A stretch of DNA of 64,000 bases, from positions 194 through 64,193 of the forward strand of contig JAFNKG010000005.1 in the NCBI GenBank assembly GCA_017883965.1, given 5' to 3'. The notes under the pieces are model-generated. The model saw nothing but the letters and a program-made list of their open reading frames with translations, made no database searches and had not been told where the DNA came from. Positions within the stretch are counted from its first letter, which is position 1; each line of letters opens with the position of its first letter. Below are positions 47,023 through 57,938 of the stretch, piece by piece. Made by a program: the position numbers and the translations under genes. The stretch is from Candidatus Methanophagales archaeon (GTDB lineage Archaea > Halobacteriota > Syntropharchaeia > Alkanophagales > Methanospirareceae).

Positions 47023-48135
47023 ATGAGAATAGAGAGAAGCGAGATAATAATAGAGATTATTGCTATTATAATTGCGATAAAGGTTTTTTCCTTTATCTTA
47101 GCTCCTCTATCATGGCTTGTTTTGAAAAATCAGTTCTGCGATATTATTTCACTATGGAACCGATGGGACGCTCCGCATTACGTGGACATAGCAAAGAATG
47201 GTTACACCAGTGTCGGAGAAGGAAGATATTTTATCGTTTTTATGCCGCTGTATCCTTTTTTGATAAGGCTCTTAGCCTCCATCATTGGGAACTACGAGGT
47301 CTCCGCCATGTTAATATCAAACTTCGCATCGCTCTTTGCATGCTTATACCTTTACAAACTCGCAAAAATTGACTATTCCCACAGCACGGCACTAAAAAGC
47401 GTCTTCTATTTTTCTATTTTCCCCACTTCTTACTTCTTAATCGCAGGCTATACCGAAAGTTTGTTCCTGTTTTTGACGATTGGCAGCTTCTATTATGCGA
47501 GGAAAGGGAATTGGCTTTCAGCAGGTGTGATGGGGATGTTCGCATCCGCTACAAGAATCACCGGGCTTGCTCTTATCCCCTCTTTAATCTATGAGTATTT
47601 ATCGCAGAAATCGAAATCGGAATCCGAAACAAGGAGCGTGAAGGACATTTTTTTCCTGTGCATGATCAGCTTCGGGTTTATATCTTATCTCATATTGAAC
47701 TACATCGTATTTGGAAATGCTTTTATGTTTGTTGAGATGCAGAGGGAGCATTGGTCCAGGTACCTCGTACCTCCCTGCGTAGGGCTATTGAGCGATTTGT
47801 GGGGCATTTTATGGCGAGACCCCGCAGGAAAAGTGCTTGTAGGAGGCGCAGAAGTTGTATTTGGCTTATTTGGCTTGGGTTGCATCATTTTTGCATACAT
47901 CAAAAAATTCCGGCTTTCTTACACCATTTACATGCTTCTTACATGGCTTGCAGTAGCTTCAACCGCTTATTGGTTAAGTATGCCACGTTATACGCTCTCT
48001 TTATTCCCTATTTTCATCATGCTCGCTATTATAGGGGATAAGCGAGAAGAGCTGCATTATGTAATGACCATTGCTTTTCTGCTATTTTTTAGTTTCTTCC
48101 TCGTTCTTTTCACGCAGGGGTATTGGGCGTTTTGA
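47023..48135 (+). CDS. Polytopic membrane protein, probable GT-C glycosyltransferase (PIG-V/DUF2029-like)
   Basis: 370 aa with about 9 TM helices. The loop motif WNRWDAPHYVDIAKNGY is typical of mannosyltransferase-like GT-C enzymes. Confidence 0.4.
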   Translation: MRIERSEIIIEIIAIIIAIKVFSFILAPLSWLVLKNQFCDIISLWNRWDAPHYVDIAKNGYTSVGEGRYFIVFMPLYPFLIRLLASIIGNYEVSAMLISNFASLFACLYLYKLAKIDYSHSTALKSVFYFSIFPTSYFLIAGYTESLFLFLTIGSFYYARKGNWLSAGVMGMFASATRITGLALIPSLIYEYLSQKSKSESETRSVKDIFFLCMISFGFISYLILNYIVFGNAFMFVEMQREHWSRYLVPPCVGLLSDLWGILWRDPAGKVLVGGAEVVFGLFGLGCIIFAYIKKFRLSYTIYMLLTWLAVASTAYWLSMPRYTLSLFPIFIMLAIIGDKREELHYVMTIAFLLFFSFFLVLFTQGYWAF

Positions 48136-48199
48136 TAAGCTATCTATATATCTTTCATTAAAGATAAACTACTGAATCTTTATGTATTAGGAATGCATC

Positions 48200-48895
48200 A
48201 TGATATCAATCGTTATCCCGGCGTATAATGTAGCAGAGCATCTTAAAAATGTGATTACAGCATTACTTGATATAAAAAATGTAGAAATAATAATCGCAGA
48301 AGATGGTTCGCTCGATGGTACTAAAGAGATTGCTGAGGAACTTGCAAAGAAATATGAAAATGTGATTTTAACAGGTAGTAGTAAAAGGAGTGGAAAGGGT
48401 GGAGCAATTAAAAGAGGATTTGAAATTTCAAAGGGGGATGTAGTTGGATTTTTAGACGCTGATGAATCAATAGGAATAAAAGATTTAAAAAATCTTCTCG
48501 ATGCTTTGGCTGATGCTGATGCTAATGTTGATGCTGTAATAGCTTCAAGATGGTTAAAAACCTCAAAAATTACTAAAAAACAGCCTTTGAGGAGAAGGGT
48601 TGCAAGTAGAGTTTTTAATATCCTTATACGGTTAATTTTTAATTTGCCATTCAAAGATACACAGTGTGGAGTAAAAGTATTCAAGAAGGAAGTAATTAAA
48701 GCTATTTTAAGTGAAATAAAGGCAAACGGATTTGAATTCGATGTTGAATTGCTCTGGAAATTGAAAAAGAGGGGCTATAAAATAAAGGAGGTCCCTATTA
48801 CCTGGAAACACGAAGAGAGATCAAGTTTTAAGTTATCTTACGCACCACAGATGCTTTTATCGCTATTAAAAATCAGGGTAGCATCCTGGAAATAG
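48200..48895 (+). CDS. GT2 family glycosyltransferase (dolichyl-phosphate hexose synthase-like)
   Basis: Contains ISIVIPAYNVAEHLKNV...IIIAEDGSLDGT and the DAD motif FLDADES. Confidence 0.8.
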   Translation: MISIVIPAYNVAEHLKNVITALLDIKNVEIIIAEDGSLDGTKEIAEELAKKYENVILTGSSKRSGKGGAIKRGFEISKGDVVGFLDADESIGIKDLKNLLDALADADANVDAVIASRWLKTSKITKKQPLRRRVASRVFNILIRLIFNLPFKDTQCGVKVFKKEVIKAILSEIKANGFEFDVELLWKLKKRGYKIKEVPITWKHEERSSFKLSYAPQMLLSLLKIRVASWK

Positions 48896-48929
48896 AAGAA
48901 CGCGAATTCTCTGAATTCGGAAAATGAGA

Positions 48930-50876
48930 TTATTTATAGATGACTTCATATATCCTCCATCTCTCCCCTCCCAACATCTCATCGTATTTTAAATAAAATC
49001 GTGTTTTATCGTCGAAAGCGGAATAATTTATGTCGAAGTGGTTATCCATTGCGAAGGCTTCCTCGTATGGACCAACGCATACGTAATCAACGCCATATTT
49101 CTTAATAAGTGAGTAATTCCCTTTATATATCGCTATTTCATCTCGTTTTACCTCCATAACTTTTGACCAGTTAAATCCCTGCGACCACAGCCAACCCTCA
49201 TAGCCCATCACTCTTTGCCTTCCAGACAGGGAAGGTATAGGATGATTGTGGGCGCTTCCGGTTAAGAACACACTATCGGGCGCTGTATTCTCACGCACCC
49301 ATTCTGCAATTTTTATTTCTTCACCAGACCAAACCATATAATCATTCCTCACCATCGCTACGTGCGTTACCAAGCCAAATAAAGTGCAAGCGATGACCAA
49401 AGTAGCGAGTGATAAGGTAGCGAGTGATTTATCAGACCTTTTACCAAAGTCGTTTATCCAAAATATCGCCAGCGAAGCCAGCACTGCCGTCAGTGATAGC
49501 CAATGTATAAATATCTTGTAGTTGTCAAAATACCAGGGTTGGAATTTCACGACGTTTGCAATGAAGAAAAGAAATAGGAATGGGAGATAAAAAATTCGGG
49601 CTTCGCTATTTGCTTTTAAAAACCCAAAAGAGAGCAGGATGATGAGAGCTCCTGCGTTTAACGCCCAGAATATTTGAAGTAGGAGAATTGTTTTTGTAAC
49701 GGAAGAAAAGGAAGCGGCGATGGAAGACCAATCAAATCCCATTATCATGTTCCTGTTCTCTTCTGCCCAGCCGGGGAAAAAGACGAAGAAATCCTCGGAT
49801 ACCCCTGTCCTTATACTTAATATCTGGGGTAAGGAAAGGAGAATTAACGGCGCAAATAAGAAAATGAAGATTTTTAAATCTCGCTTTCGTATAAAAGCAA
49901 AAGAAGAAAGGAATAGAGAGACGAAAGCAGTGACCATAAAGGAATGAGCGTGGATGTAAGGGAGCAAGCCAATGAGCGCCCCGGCAAGAATCAGTTCCCT
50001 ATGTGTATGTGTCTGTCCTGACGCAGGCTTTTTCTCTTTTTCGTTATCCTCGGTAAACAATGCGTGGAATAGAAGGATATAGATGGCAAAAGAGATTGCC
50101 ATACCCAGGGATGCGGTTCTTTGAGGCATGATAACGGCATACATCGGGTTCAGGAAGTGAATGCCTGAGGATTGCAGACCCGGAGGAAAGCCAGCGAAGA
50201 TGAAAATAAACGTGGCTAATATTCCTACCTTCTTTAAGCCCGTCAATCTGTAAGCAAGAAAAAAGAACAGTCCGAAAAAGGAAAGTTGAAATATTATGTT
50301 TGGAATGATGATAGAACCTCTCAGGTCCAACCCGCCTTTCATTAATACCGCAGAGTAGAAATCCAGGAGGAATGGATAGTGCATTTCCGTCTGTAAAAAC
50401 TGCGGATAACCCGGTGGAAAAGTAAAATCAGCACTATAAACAAAAGAAGTGATGACAGAGGTATGAAAAGGATAATCAGCCCAAACAGTGTGAAAAGCAT
50501 ATAGATTTCCCGATTCGTCAGGGCGAAAAACGCCGTATAAATTCATCACCAGCAGGTAAAGCAGAATGAAGATAAGAAAAGACAGGGTGTATTTATCAAA
50601 CCTTTCTTTGGAAAAGAACTCAAAGAAACTTTTACGCTTAGTTCTAAAAAATATAAGCGATGCCAAAGCGCATATAACGATGCAGAGCAGGATAACGCCG
50701 ATACTTAACGACCCGTTTAGACACGCGAGAAGAAAAATAATCCATATAGATATTGCATGACCAACGACGAAAGAGAAAAAAGCCCTTTCTATCTCGTGGA
50801 AATTGTAATCCAGAAGAAAGGAGATGGAAAGTCCGAGAAAGAAGCTGACTACGATGAATAATATCCATAGAGGCAT
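48930..50876 (-). CDS. Large polytopic membrane protein, probable GT-C glycosyltransferase (PMT/ArnT-like)
   Basis: 648 aa with at least 13 TM helices and a C-terminal soluble domain. It sits next to the GT2 gene. Confidence 0.35.
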   Translation of the reverse strand: MPLWILFIVVSFFLGLSISFLLDYNFHEIERAFFSFVVGHAISIWIIFLLACLNGSLSIGVILLCIVICALASLIFFRTKRKSFFEFFSKERFDKYTLSFLIFILLYLLVMNLYGVFRPDESGNLYAFHTVWADYPFHTSVITSFVYSADFTFPPGYPQFLQTEMHYPFLLDFYSAVLMKGGLDLRGSIIIPNIIFQLSFFGLFFFLAYRLTGLKKVGILATFIFIFAGFPPGLQSSGIHFLNPMYAVIMPQRTASLGMAISFAIYILLFHALFTEDNEKEKKPASGQTHTHRELILAGALIGLLPYIHAHSFMVTAFVSLFLSSFAFIRKRDLKIFIFLFAPLILLSLPQILSIRTGVSEDFFVFFPGWAEENRNMIMGFDWSSIAASFSSVTKTILLLQIFWALNAGALIILLSFGFLKANSEARIFYLPFLFLFFIANVVKFQPWYFDNYKIFIHWLSLTAVLASLAIFWINDFGKRSDKSLATLSLATLVIACTLFGLVTHVAMVRNDYMVWSGEEIKIAEWVRENTAPDSVFLTGSAHNHPIPSLSGRQRVMGYEGWLWSQGFNWSKVMEVKRDEIAIYKGNYSLIKKYGVDYVCVGPYEEAFAMDNHFDINYSAFDDKTRFYLKYDEMLGGERWRIYEVIYK

Positions 50877-50964
50877 GTATATCCATTATTTTCTCGGTTT
50901 TTAAATATTTGATGGTGTTTCATCCAGGGTTAAGATTCACCGTCCGCAGATAAATACAGGCTTT

Positions 50965-51957
50965 TTATGCTTTTACCTTTTTCCTTGCTTTTGCTTTTTC
51001 TACGCCTTTTTTCACACTTCGCTTTCCATATTTCTTCCTTTCCTTCTTCTCCAGATACCACCTTAATATCCCTGCGTTCAGCAGCCATGTGTTCATCAAA
51101 TCCATGACGAGACCGAACAGAAGCACGATTGAAATCTCCCTTAACATGGGGATAGGAGCGAAATGAGCGGAGAATAAATGGATAGAAGAAGAAACGAAGA
51201 ACATGGCGAATACCGCGGACAGCGTTGTGGAAGTCATCGTTATACCTGTTTTCATTGCGTTTCTTACCTTCTCGTTTAAGTCGCCTTTTTTACGAAGCAG
51301 ATTTGTCGTCAGTAAGATATTAGAGTCCACGGAATAGCCAATGAGCATGAGCAATGCGGCTACCGTGCCAAGCGACAATTCCATTCCTATTATGTCCATA
51401 CAGGCAACTGCGATGACGATGTCAGAAAAAGCGGCAAAAATTACTGCCAGCGGTGGTATAACTGTTCGGAACACCACGAAAACGACTATTGCCATCAGAA
51501 CAAAAGCAATTATCACAGCACGCACTGCCTGATTTCGGAATCGTTCGCCAAATACAGGATTCATACTCTTGGGTATTTCATATTGTCCCGACTCATATTG
51601 CTCATCAAGCATATTTTCCAACTCTTCCTTTTGCGATTCGCTCATCGGTCCGAATTGTATCATCGTTTTATTCCCCACATCTGTCTTTCCAACGAGTTCA
51701 ACAGGAAATGCAGAGAATTTTGCAGTTAGCTCTTCGCTTGTTTCGTCAGTTCTTATTTCCACCATTGTTCCGCCTATAAAGTCCATTCCTAAATGGGCCG
51801 GGGAATGAGGCGAATGAGGATATACGGGTGGTTGCACATAAGTGTAAGTGAGCACGATTAGAGAGATGAGTAGGAGGATTAAAGGTATTGCAATCAATTT
51901 TTTCACCGGATATTTTGTTATATCCACCTTTTCAAACAGGCTTTCTCTTTCCTTCAT
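50965..51957 (-). CDS. secF: Protein-export membrane protein SecF (archaeal type)
   Basis: LGMDFIGGTMVEI matches the SecD/F GlDfkGGt motif. The transmembrane core SDIVIAVACMDIIGMELSLGTVAALLMLIGYSVDSNIL matches the SecF core. Confidence 0.6.
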   Translation of the reverse strand: MKERESLFEKVDITKYPVKKLIAIPLILLLISLIVLTYTYVQPPVYPHSPHSPAHLGMDFIGGTMVEIRTDETSEELTAKFSAFPVELVGKTDVGNKTMIQFGPMSESQKEELENMLDEQYESGQYEIPKSMNPVFGERFRNQAVRAVIIAFVLMAIVVFVVFRTVIPPLAVIFAAFSDIVIAVACMDIIGMELSLGTVAALLMLIGYSVDSNILLTTNLLRKKGDLNEKVRNAMKTGITMTSTTLSAVFAMFFVSSSIHLFSAHFAPIPMLREISIVLLFGLVMDLMNTWLLNAGILRWYLEKKERKKYGKRSVKKGVEKAKARKKVKA

Positions 51958-52043
51958 GTCCCTTCACCTTTACCTTTTATCATATCTAAACTAAAGGAAA
52001 TAATTATTTCTTTAGTAAAGGTTTCTTTTTAAAAGAAAAGTTT

Positions 52044-54371
52044 ATGAAAAGGTTTGAAGTAAGGATAATGGATGCGGACGATGAAGAATTGAAGCGAATA
52101 AGTGAGGAGATGGGGCTTTCGCTGAATTTAGAGGAGATGCGAAGGATAAAACGATATTTCATAGCGAAAAACAGAGAGCCAACGGATGTGGAGCTGCAAA
52201 GTATTGCACAGGCGTGGTCGGAACATTGCTGTTATAAGAGTTCGAAAAAGGTATTGCAGGAGTTCGTTTTTGGCATAGAAGCGCCGCAAAATATGTTAGT
52301 GATAAAAGAAGATGCGGGCGTGCTGGAATTTGACGAAGAACATGCTTATGTTCTGGCGTTCGAGAGCCATAACCATCCTTCTGCCATAGAGCCTTACGGC
52401 GGCGCCGCAACGGGAATAGGAGGGATAGTGCGGGATGTAATCTGCATGGGAGCACAGCCTATTGCTTTGGTTGACCCTTTATTCTTTGGGCATCTGGATT
52501 ACCCATACGAAAAACTTCCGGAGACGGTGAAGCATCCGCGGTTTTTGTTTAATGGTGTCGTTGCAGGGATAAGCGACTACGGGAATCGGATAGGCATTCC
52601 AACGTGTGCGGGTATGGTTTATTTCGATGAGGGCTACGTGGGTAATTGCGTGGTGAACGTGGGCTGTGTGGGGATAATGAAGAAGTCGGATTTGAGAAGA
52701 AGCAAGGCGAAGTCCGGCGAGGTGCTTGTTCTGGTCGGCGGAAAAACGGGAAGGGATGGCATACACGGTGTTACTTTTGCTTCGGTTGAGTTAACCGGTG
52801 AGGAGGAATTCAGAAGCGCAGTTCAATTAGGTGACCCGATAAGAAAGGAACCGCTGATGCATGCGATATTAGAAGCGAATGAGAAGAGATTGATAAGCGG
52901 GATGAAAGACCTCGGAGGCGGCGGGCTATCATGTGCAGTGAGCGAGATGTGTCATGCAGGCGGATGCGGTGCTGAAATTCAGTTAGAGAACGTGAAGTTG
53001 AAGGAAGAGGGGCTTAGCGCATGGGAGATATGGGTTTCTGAATCGCAGGAACGGTTCTTAATCGCGGTGGAGCGAGAAAAAGAGGAAGAGTTGCTGGCGA
53101 TATTTGAGAAATGGGATGTAGATGCCGTGGTCATAGGTCAAACTTTTAAAAAAAGTTCAATCAAAAATACTTCGTCAGCTTCGGAGATAAGGATTTTCCA
53201 CGATGGAGAGAAGATATTTGAGCTGGATACCGATTTTCTTGTTTCATGTCCTGTTTATGAGCGTCCGATGGAGGTGATGAGAGAGGAGAAGGAGGAATTC
53301 CTGGAGATAGAAGAGCCTGCGGACTACAATGAAACATTAAAATTGTTGCTTGCATCTCCAAACATCGCATCACGGGAATGCGTTATAAGACAATACGACC
53401 ACGAAGTGCGAGCTTCTACGGTAATAAAACCGATGCAAGGGCTAATAGGGAAAGAGACGCATGGAGATGCCGCGGTGATAAAGCCGTTAGAATCGTCCTA
53501 TAAGGGTATTGCAATTACAACGGATGTGAACCCGTCATTTTGCAAAACGAATCCGTTCTGGGGTGCTGCGAGTGTGGTGGATGAAGTTTGCAGGAATTTA
53601 ACTGCGGTGGGCGCAGTGCCGCACGCGTTTGCCGACTGCTTGAATTTCGGCAACCCGGAGAAGCCAGACCGAATGGGTGCCTTTTATGAATGCTGTCGAG
53701 GTTTAGGCTACATGGCTTCTTCGCTTGGAATACCGTTTGTGAGCGGAAATGTGAGTTTTTATAACGAATCAGCAGCCATTAATGAGTCTATTCCTCCCAC
53801 ACCCACTATTATGGGCGTAGGGATATGCGAAGATATAAGAGAATGCATTACCGTGGACGTGAAGGAAGCATCGAATTTTTTATACGTGGTAGGAGAAACG
53901 AAAAAGGAGTTGGGTGGAAGTGAGTATTATAAGTTACGGGATGTAGAGGCAGGAATTGTGCCGAGGACTGACCCGGATGCGCTGACAAGGAGTATGGATG
54001 CGTTACGGGAAGCGATGAAGGCTGGATTAATCGCGAGCTGCCATGATGTTTCGGAAGGTGGTCTTGCGGTTGCGGTATGCGAGATGTTGATAGGGGGTGA
54101 TATTGGCGCTTCTATTGATATTTCAGGTGTAAATCCAAAACTGAGAAGCGATTATACGTTGTTCTCGGAATCGAATTCGAGGTGGGTGGTGGAGGTGTGG
54201 AGTGAGGAGAAGAGAAGGTTTGAGGAGTTGTTTAAGGAAAGGGGGATTTGTATAAGTAAAATAGGGGAGACGATGGATGAGAAGAGGGTTGGTATATACA
54301 ATGGTGGTAAAAAATTGGTGAATATTTCGTTGGAAGAGGTGAGAGAAGCGTGGAGTGGGGAGGTTTGTTGA
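52044..54371 (+). CDS. purL: Phosphoribosylformylglycinamidine synthase II (PurL)
   Basis: 775 aa. Contains AQAWSEHCCYKSSK and HNHPSAIEPYGGAATGIGGIVRD, an AIRS domain and an AIRS_C domain, each repeated twice. Confidence 0.9.
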   Translation: MKRFEVRIMDADDEELKRISEEMGLSLNLEEMRRIKRYFIAKNREPTDVELQSIAQAWSEHCCYKSSKKVLQEFVFGIEAPQNMLVIKEDAGVLEFDEEHAYVLAFESHNHPSAIEPYGGAATGIGGIVRDVICMGAQPIALVDPLFFGHLDYPYEKLPETVKHPRFLFNGVVAGISDYGNRIGIPTCAGMVYFDEGYVGNCVVNVGCVGIMKKSDLRRSKAKSGEVLVLVGGKTGRDGIHGVTFASVELTGEEEFRSAVQLGDPIRKEPLMHAILEANEKRLISGMKDLGGGGLSCAVSEMCHAGGCGAEIQLENVKLKEEGLSAWEIWVSESQERFLIAVEREKEEELLAIFEKWDVDAVVIGQTFKKSSIKNTSSASEIRIFHDGEKIFELDTDFLVSCPVYERPMEVMREEKEEFLEIEEPADYNETLKLLLASPNIASRECVIRQYDHEVRASTVIKPMQGLIGKETHGDAAVIKPLESSYKGIAITTDVNPSFCKTNPFWGAASVVDEVCRNLTAVGAVPHAFADCLNFGNPEKPDRMGAFYECCRGLGYMASSLGIPFVSGNVSFYNESAAINESIPPTPTIMGVGICEDIRECITVDVKEASNFLYVVGETKKELGGSEYYKLRDVEAGIVPRTDPDALTRSMDALREAMKAGLIASCHDVSEGGLAVAVCEMLIGGDIGASIDISGVNPKLRSDYTLFSESNSRWVVEVWSEEKRRFEELFKERGICISKIGETMDEKRVGIYNGGKKLVNISLEEVREAWSGEVC

Positions 54372-55607
54372 TTGCGAAACGCTTTCTTTTTAAAGAAAGG
54401 GTTTATGCTAAAAGTCAGTGACTCATTATATATTATGAACATGGAAAAAGGAACAATCATTGAAATGTCAAAAGAGCATTTCGGGGAGATCATAGAGGAG
54501 CAGCTAAACCGTGTTGAAACACTGAAAAAAGCCGATAAATGGATAGACTACGAGGCACTGAAACCTATTGTAATAGGCATTATTGGCGGTGACGGTATTG
54601 GACCTTACATTACTAATGAAGCGAAGCGGGTATTGGAGTTTCTACTGGAAGAGAAAGAGAAGAGCGGTAAGGTTCAGTTAAATGATATTGAAGGTTTGAC
54701 CATCGAACGTCGTGCAGAGCTCATGCAGGCAATACCGGATGACGTGCTTGACGAAATAAAGAGATGTCACGTGATTCTTAAAGGACCTACGACAACGCCT
54801 AAAAAGGGCGACCAGTGGCCAAACCTCGAGAGCGCAAATGTCACATTAAGACGAGAACTGGACCTCTTTGCCAATGTGCGTCCGGTAAAAGTGCCTGAAC
54901 AGGGGATAGACTGGGTTTTCTTCAGGGAGAATACCGAAGGCGCGTATATACTCGGAAGTAAAGGTATAAACGTCACCGATGACCTCGCTGTGGACTTTAA
55001 GGTCATCACAACCCAGGGCGCAGAGAGAATAATACGGATGGCGTTTGATTATGCCAAGAAGAACAACATCAACAAGGTAACGGTAGTGACAAAGGCAAAT
55101 ATAATAAAAGCGACTGACGGTAAGTTCCTCAGCGTGGCGGAACGGGTAGCTGGGGAGTATCCAGAAGCCGAATGCGACCACTGGTTCGTGGACATCTTCA
55201 GTGCAAAACTCGTTGACACGAAACGGAGGAAGGAGTTCAGGGTCGTTGTGCTTCCTAACCTGTATGGCGACATTATTACAGATGAAGCAGCGGAATTTCA
55301 GGGTGGCGTGGGCACCGCGGGCAGCGCCAATATCGGCAAACGATACGCAATGTTCGAAGCTATTCACGGCTCCGCACCGAGGATGGTGGAGGAAGGAAGA
55401 GCGAAGTATGCCAATCCGTCAAGCATAATGCGTGCTGCGGTAATGCTTCTCCGCCACATAGGGTTCGTCGAGGAGGCGAAGAAATTAGAGACGGCGCTTG
55501 ACGTCTGTACTCATGATAAAAAACTCGTCATAACCGGTCGTTCTGATGGCGCAACCGGCTCGGAATTTGCCGATTACGTGCGGGAAACAATTAAGGAGCT
55601 AAAATAA
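54372..55607 (+). CDS. icd: Isocitrate dehydrogenase (NADP), prokaryotic type
   Basis: Contains IGIIGGDGIGPYI, KGPTTTPKKGDQWPNLESANVTLRRELDLFANVRPVK and NLYGDIITDEAAEFQGGVGTAGSANIG. The true start may be an internal ATG. Confidence 0.8.
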   Translation: MRNAFFLKKGFMLKVSDSLYIMNMEKGTIIEMSKEHFGEIIEEQLNRVETLKKADKWIDYEALKPIVIGIIGGDGIGPYITNEAKRVLEFLLEEKEKSGKVQLNDIEGLTIERRAELMQAIPDDVLDEIKRCHVILKGPTTTPKKGDQWPNLESANVTLRRELDLFANVRPVKVPEQGIDWVFFRENTEGAYILGSKGINVTDDLAVDFKVITTQGAERIIRMAFDYAKKNNINKVTVVTKANIIKATDGKFLSVAERVAGEYPEAECDHWFVDIFSAKLVDTKRRKEFRVVVLPNLYGDIITDEAAEFQGGVGTAGSANIGKRYAMFEAIHGSAPRMVEEGRAKYANPSSIMRAAVMLLRHIGFVEEAKKLETALDVCTHDKKLVITGRSDGATGSEFADYVRETIKELK

Positions 55608-56234
55608 ATGGCTGATTTGTTAGAAAATATCTTTGGGACTCTGTTCAGTCCGGTTTCTACGTTTAGGCGCATGTTAGAAGAGAGGACAGCAGTAACTACT
55701 GCGGCTATCGTAGTTCTAATTGCAGGTATTTGTAGTGGAGTAGGGGGCATATTAACGCAAAGCGTGCTCATGTCTATGTTCACAGAGTTTCCGCCGGGTT
55801 TTGAACCTGCCACAGATTTTGAAGAAATGGCGTTTTCGCCGGCTGCATCCATGAACATAAGCGTAGTTGGTGGATTTATCGGCTGGGTCTTTATCGCAGG
55901 CATACTTCATGTGGTAGCAAAGATTCTTGGCGGAAAGGGCGCTTTCACAGAAATGCTGGTGCTAATGGGTTTCGCTATGCTTCCAAAGGTATTCCAGGCT
56001 CCAATTGGTTTAGCCGTCATACATATCGGTAGTCTGACTGGAGCATTCGTATCTATGGGTTTGGGAGGCATTTTAACGATCTGGATTTTGATACTCGATG
56101 TTCTCGCAATTAGAGAAGCACATAAGTTCTCAACAGGTAGGGCAATTGCAACTCTCGTCCTCCCATTTGCAATACTTATATTGCTGGCGTTTATACTCGT
56201 GATAAGTATTTTTTTAATTTCAGGAATATTATAA
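55608..56234 (+). CDS. Yip1-family membrane protein
   Basis: 208 aa with 5 TM helices. The N-terminus has LFSPVSTFRRM, typical of Yip1/DUF1282. Confidence 0.4.
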   Translation: MADLLENIFGTLFSPVSTFRRMLEERTAVTTAAIVVLIAGICSGVGGILTQSVLMSMFTEFPPGFEPATDFEEMAFSPAASMNISVVGGFIGWVFIAGILHVVAKILGGKGAFTEMLVLMGFAMLPKVFQAPIGLAVIHIGSLTGAFVSMGLGGILTIWILILDVLAIREAHKFSTGRAIATLVLPFAILILLAFILVISIFLISGIL

Positions 56235-56249
56235 AATGGAGGAGTTTAA

Positions 56250-57194
56250 ATGGAGAGCATAAAAGCGGTAATTGAGAAGAAAAGAAAAGTCATCGCCTTG
56301 CTCCTATTAGGGCTTTGTTTGACTTCCGCGGTGATAGGAATTGCCATTATAGCGGGGGATTCTTTTGATAGTGGTGGTATAGGCGGCGGTAAAATAGCAA
56401 TAATCAACATTGAAGGTGCAATCGTAGGTGGCAGAGGTGGATTTGGGATACTTGGTCCGCAATCAGGCGCTGATGATATTGCGAAGCAGATAAAACATGC
56501 AGGCGAAGACCCTTCGGTAGAGGCGATCATACTCAGGATAAATAGCCCTGGCGGAAGCGCTGCGGCATCTCAAGAATTGCACAAAGAGATATGCAAGGCA
56601 CGAGAGAATGATAAGATAGTTGTAGCTTCGATGAGCGATGTAGCCACTTCTGGAGGCTATTATGTTGCTTGTGCAGCAGACAAAATAGTTGCGAATCCCG
56701 GGACTATAACCGGAAGCATTGGCGCGATCTTTTCACAGTTGCAGTACTCTGAGCTGCTTGAGGAGTATGGGATAAAGGCTAATGTCATAAAGAGCGGTAA
56801 ATATAAAGACATTGGGTCACCGCTTAGAAATATGACTGAAGAAGAGCGTCAAATCCTTCAGGAAATGGTTGATGACATATATATTCAGTTTGTTCGCGCA
56901 GTTGCGGAAGGAAGAGACATGAACGAGAGCGAAGTCCTGGAGCTTGCTGATGGCAGGATTCTCACCGGCAGGCAGGCAAAAGAACTGGGGTTGGTTGATG
57001 AATTGGGGAATTTTCAGGATGCCGTTGACCTCGCAGCGGAAATGGCAGGAATCAAAGGGAAGCCAAAAGTTGTTGAATACGGAAGGAAATCAGCTTTTGA
57101 AGCGATCTTCGGCGTATTTGCAAGAGAACTTGGTCATGGGATAGCAGAGACAATTTTAGAGACGGGAAAGCAGCGAGTGGAGTTGGGGTGGTGA
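56250..57194 (+). CDS. sppA: Signal peptide peptidase SppA (36K type, S49 family)
   Basis: Contains SMSDVATSGGYYVACAADKIVANPGTITGSIGAI, the catalytic Ser/Lys region of S49 peptidases. Confidence 0.8.
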   Translation: MESIKAVIEKKRKVIALLLLGLCLTSAVIGIAIIAGDSFDSGGIGGGKIAIINIEGAIVGGRGGFGILGPQSGADDIAKQIKHAGEDPSVEAIILRINSPGGSAAASQELHKEICKARENDKIVVASMSDVATSGGYYVACAADKIVANPGTITGSIGAIFSQLQYSELLEEYGIKANVIKSGKYKDIGSPLRNMTEEERQILQEMVDDIYIQFVRAVAEGRDMNESEVLELADGRILTGRQAKELGLVDELGNFQDAVDLAAEMAGIKGKPKVVEYGRKSAFEAIFGVFARELGHGIAETILETGKQRVELGW

Positions 57195-57412
57195 AGATCA
57201 GTGGAATCGTTGCTTCTCGTTTGGACTTGAAAAGCGTGTTTTAGGCACTTGTTTTTTCTATATGGCTCTGACATGCGTTATTTATACTTAAACTCTTTTA
57301 TGATGCCTTTGATGAATCTTTATGTAAAACTTTTTACGGTTACAGGCTTCGTACTTAGGTGCAGGGTATGTGACTCCCGTATTTAATTTTTCCAGCAAAA
57401 GGAGGGTTATCC

Positions 57413-57628
57413 ATGGAAGAAAAGAGAGTATCACTTTCGATCATTGTAAGTATTGGATGGCTTGTATTTCTCATCCTATGGTTATTCTTTTATGCCTCGG
57501 ATTTCACTGTGTATGAGAATATAGCGATTGTCGTTGTATCTATTTTAATCATGGTGGCAATACTCGGTGCTTCATGGGCTTCATGGGGAATAAAATATGG
57601 TCCTAAATGTGGGAAAGGAAAAAAATAA
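57413..57628 (+). CDS. Small membrane protein
   Basis: 71 aa with 2 TM helices. An RBS aaaggaggg lies upstream. Confidence 0.35.
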   Translation: MEEKRVSLSIIVSIGWLVFLILWLFFYASDFTVYENIAIVVVSILIMVAILGASWASWGIKYGPKCGKGKK

Positions 57629-57849
57629 AAAGTCTAATCTATTTTGCGAAAATTCCTGTCTTTTTAGTAATATTAGGCATTGCCCTTCCAATCTTTGGTG
57701 CAATCGCCATCTATGGTGGGATATGCGCAGTCAGAAGAGAGAAATTTGAATGGGCAATCGTAGGGGGAATTTTTGCTTTACTATCCTTTACCATTCTGCG
57801 TCTACTTGGACTAATACTCATTATAGTAGCGAGAGATGAATTCAAATGA
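57607..57849 (+). CDS. Small membrane protein
   Basis: 80 aa with 2 TM helices. It overlaps the previous ORF. Confidence 0.3.
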   Translation: MWERKKIKSLIYFAKIPVFLVILGIALPIFGAIAIYGGICAVRREKFEWAIVGGIFALLSFTILRLLGLILIIVARDEFK

Positions 57850-57938
57850 GATAAGTGGTTTTAAGTTATCAGTTCAAAATTCTCTGGCGTTCCTGTTTTA
57901 AAAGAGACTCTGACATGCGGGACGAAAACAATCCGCCA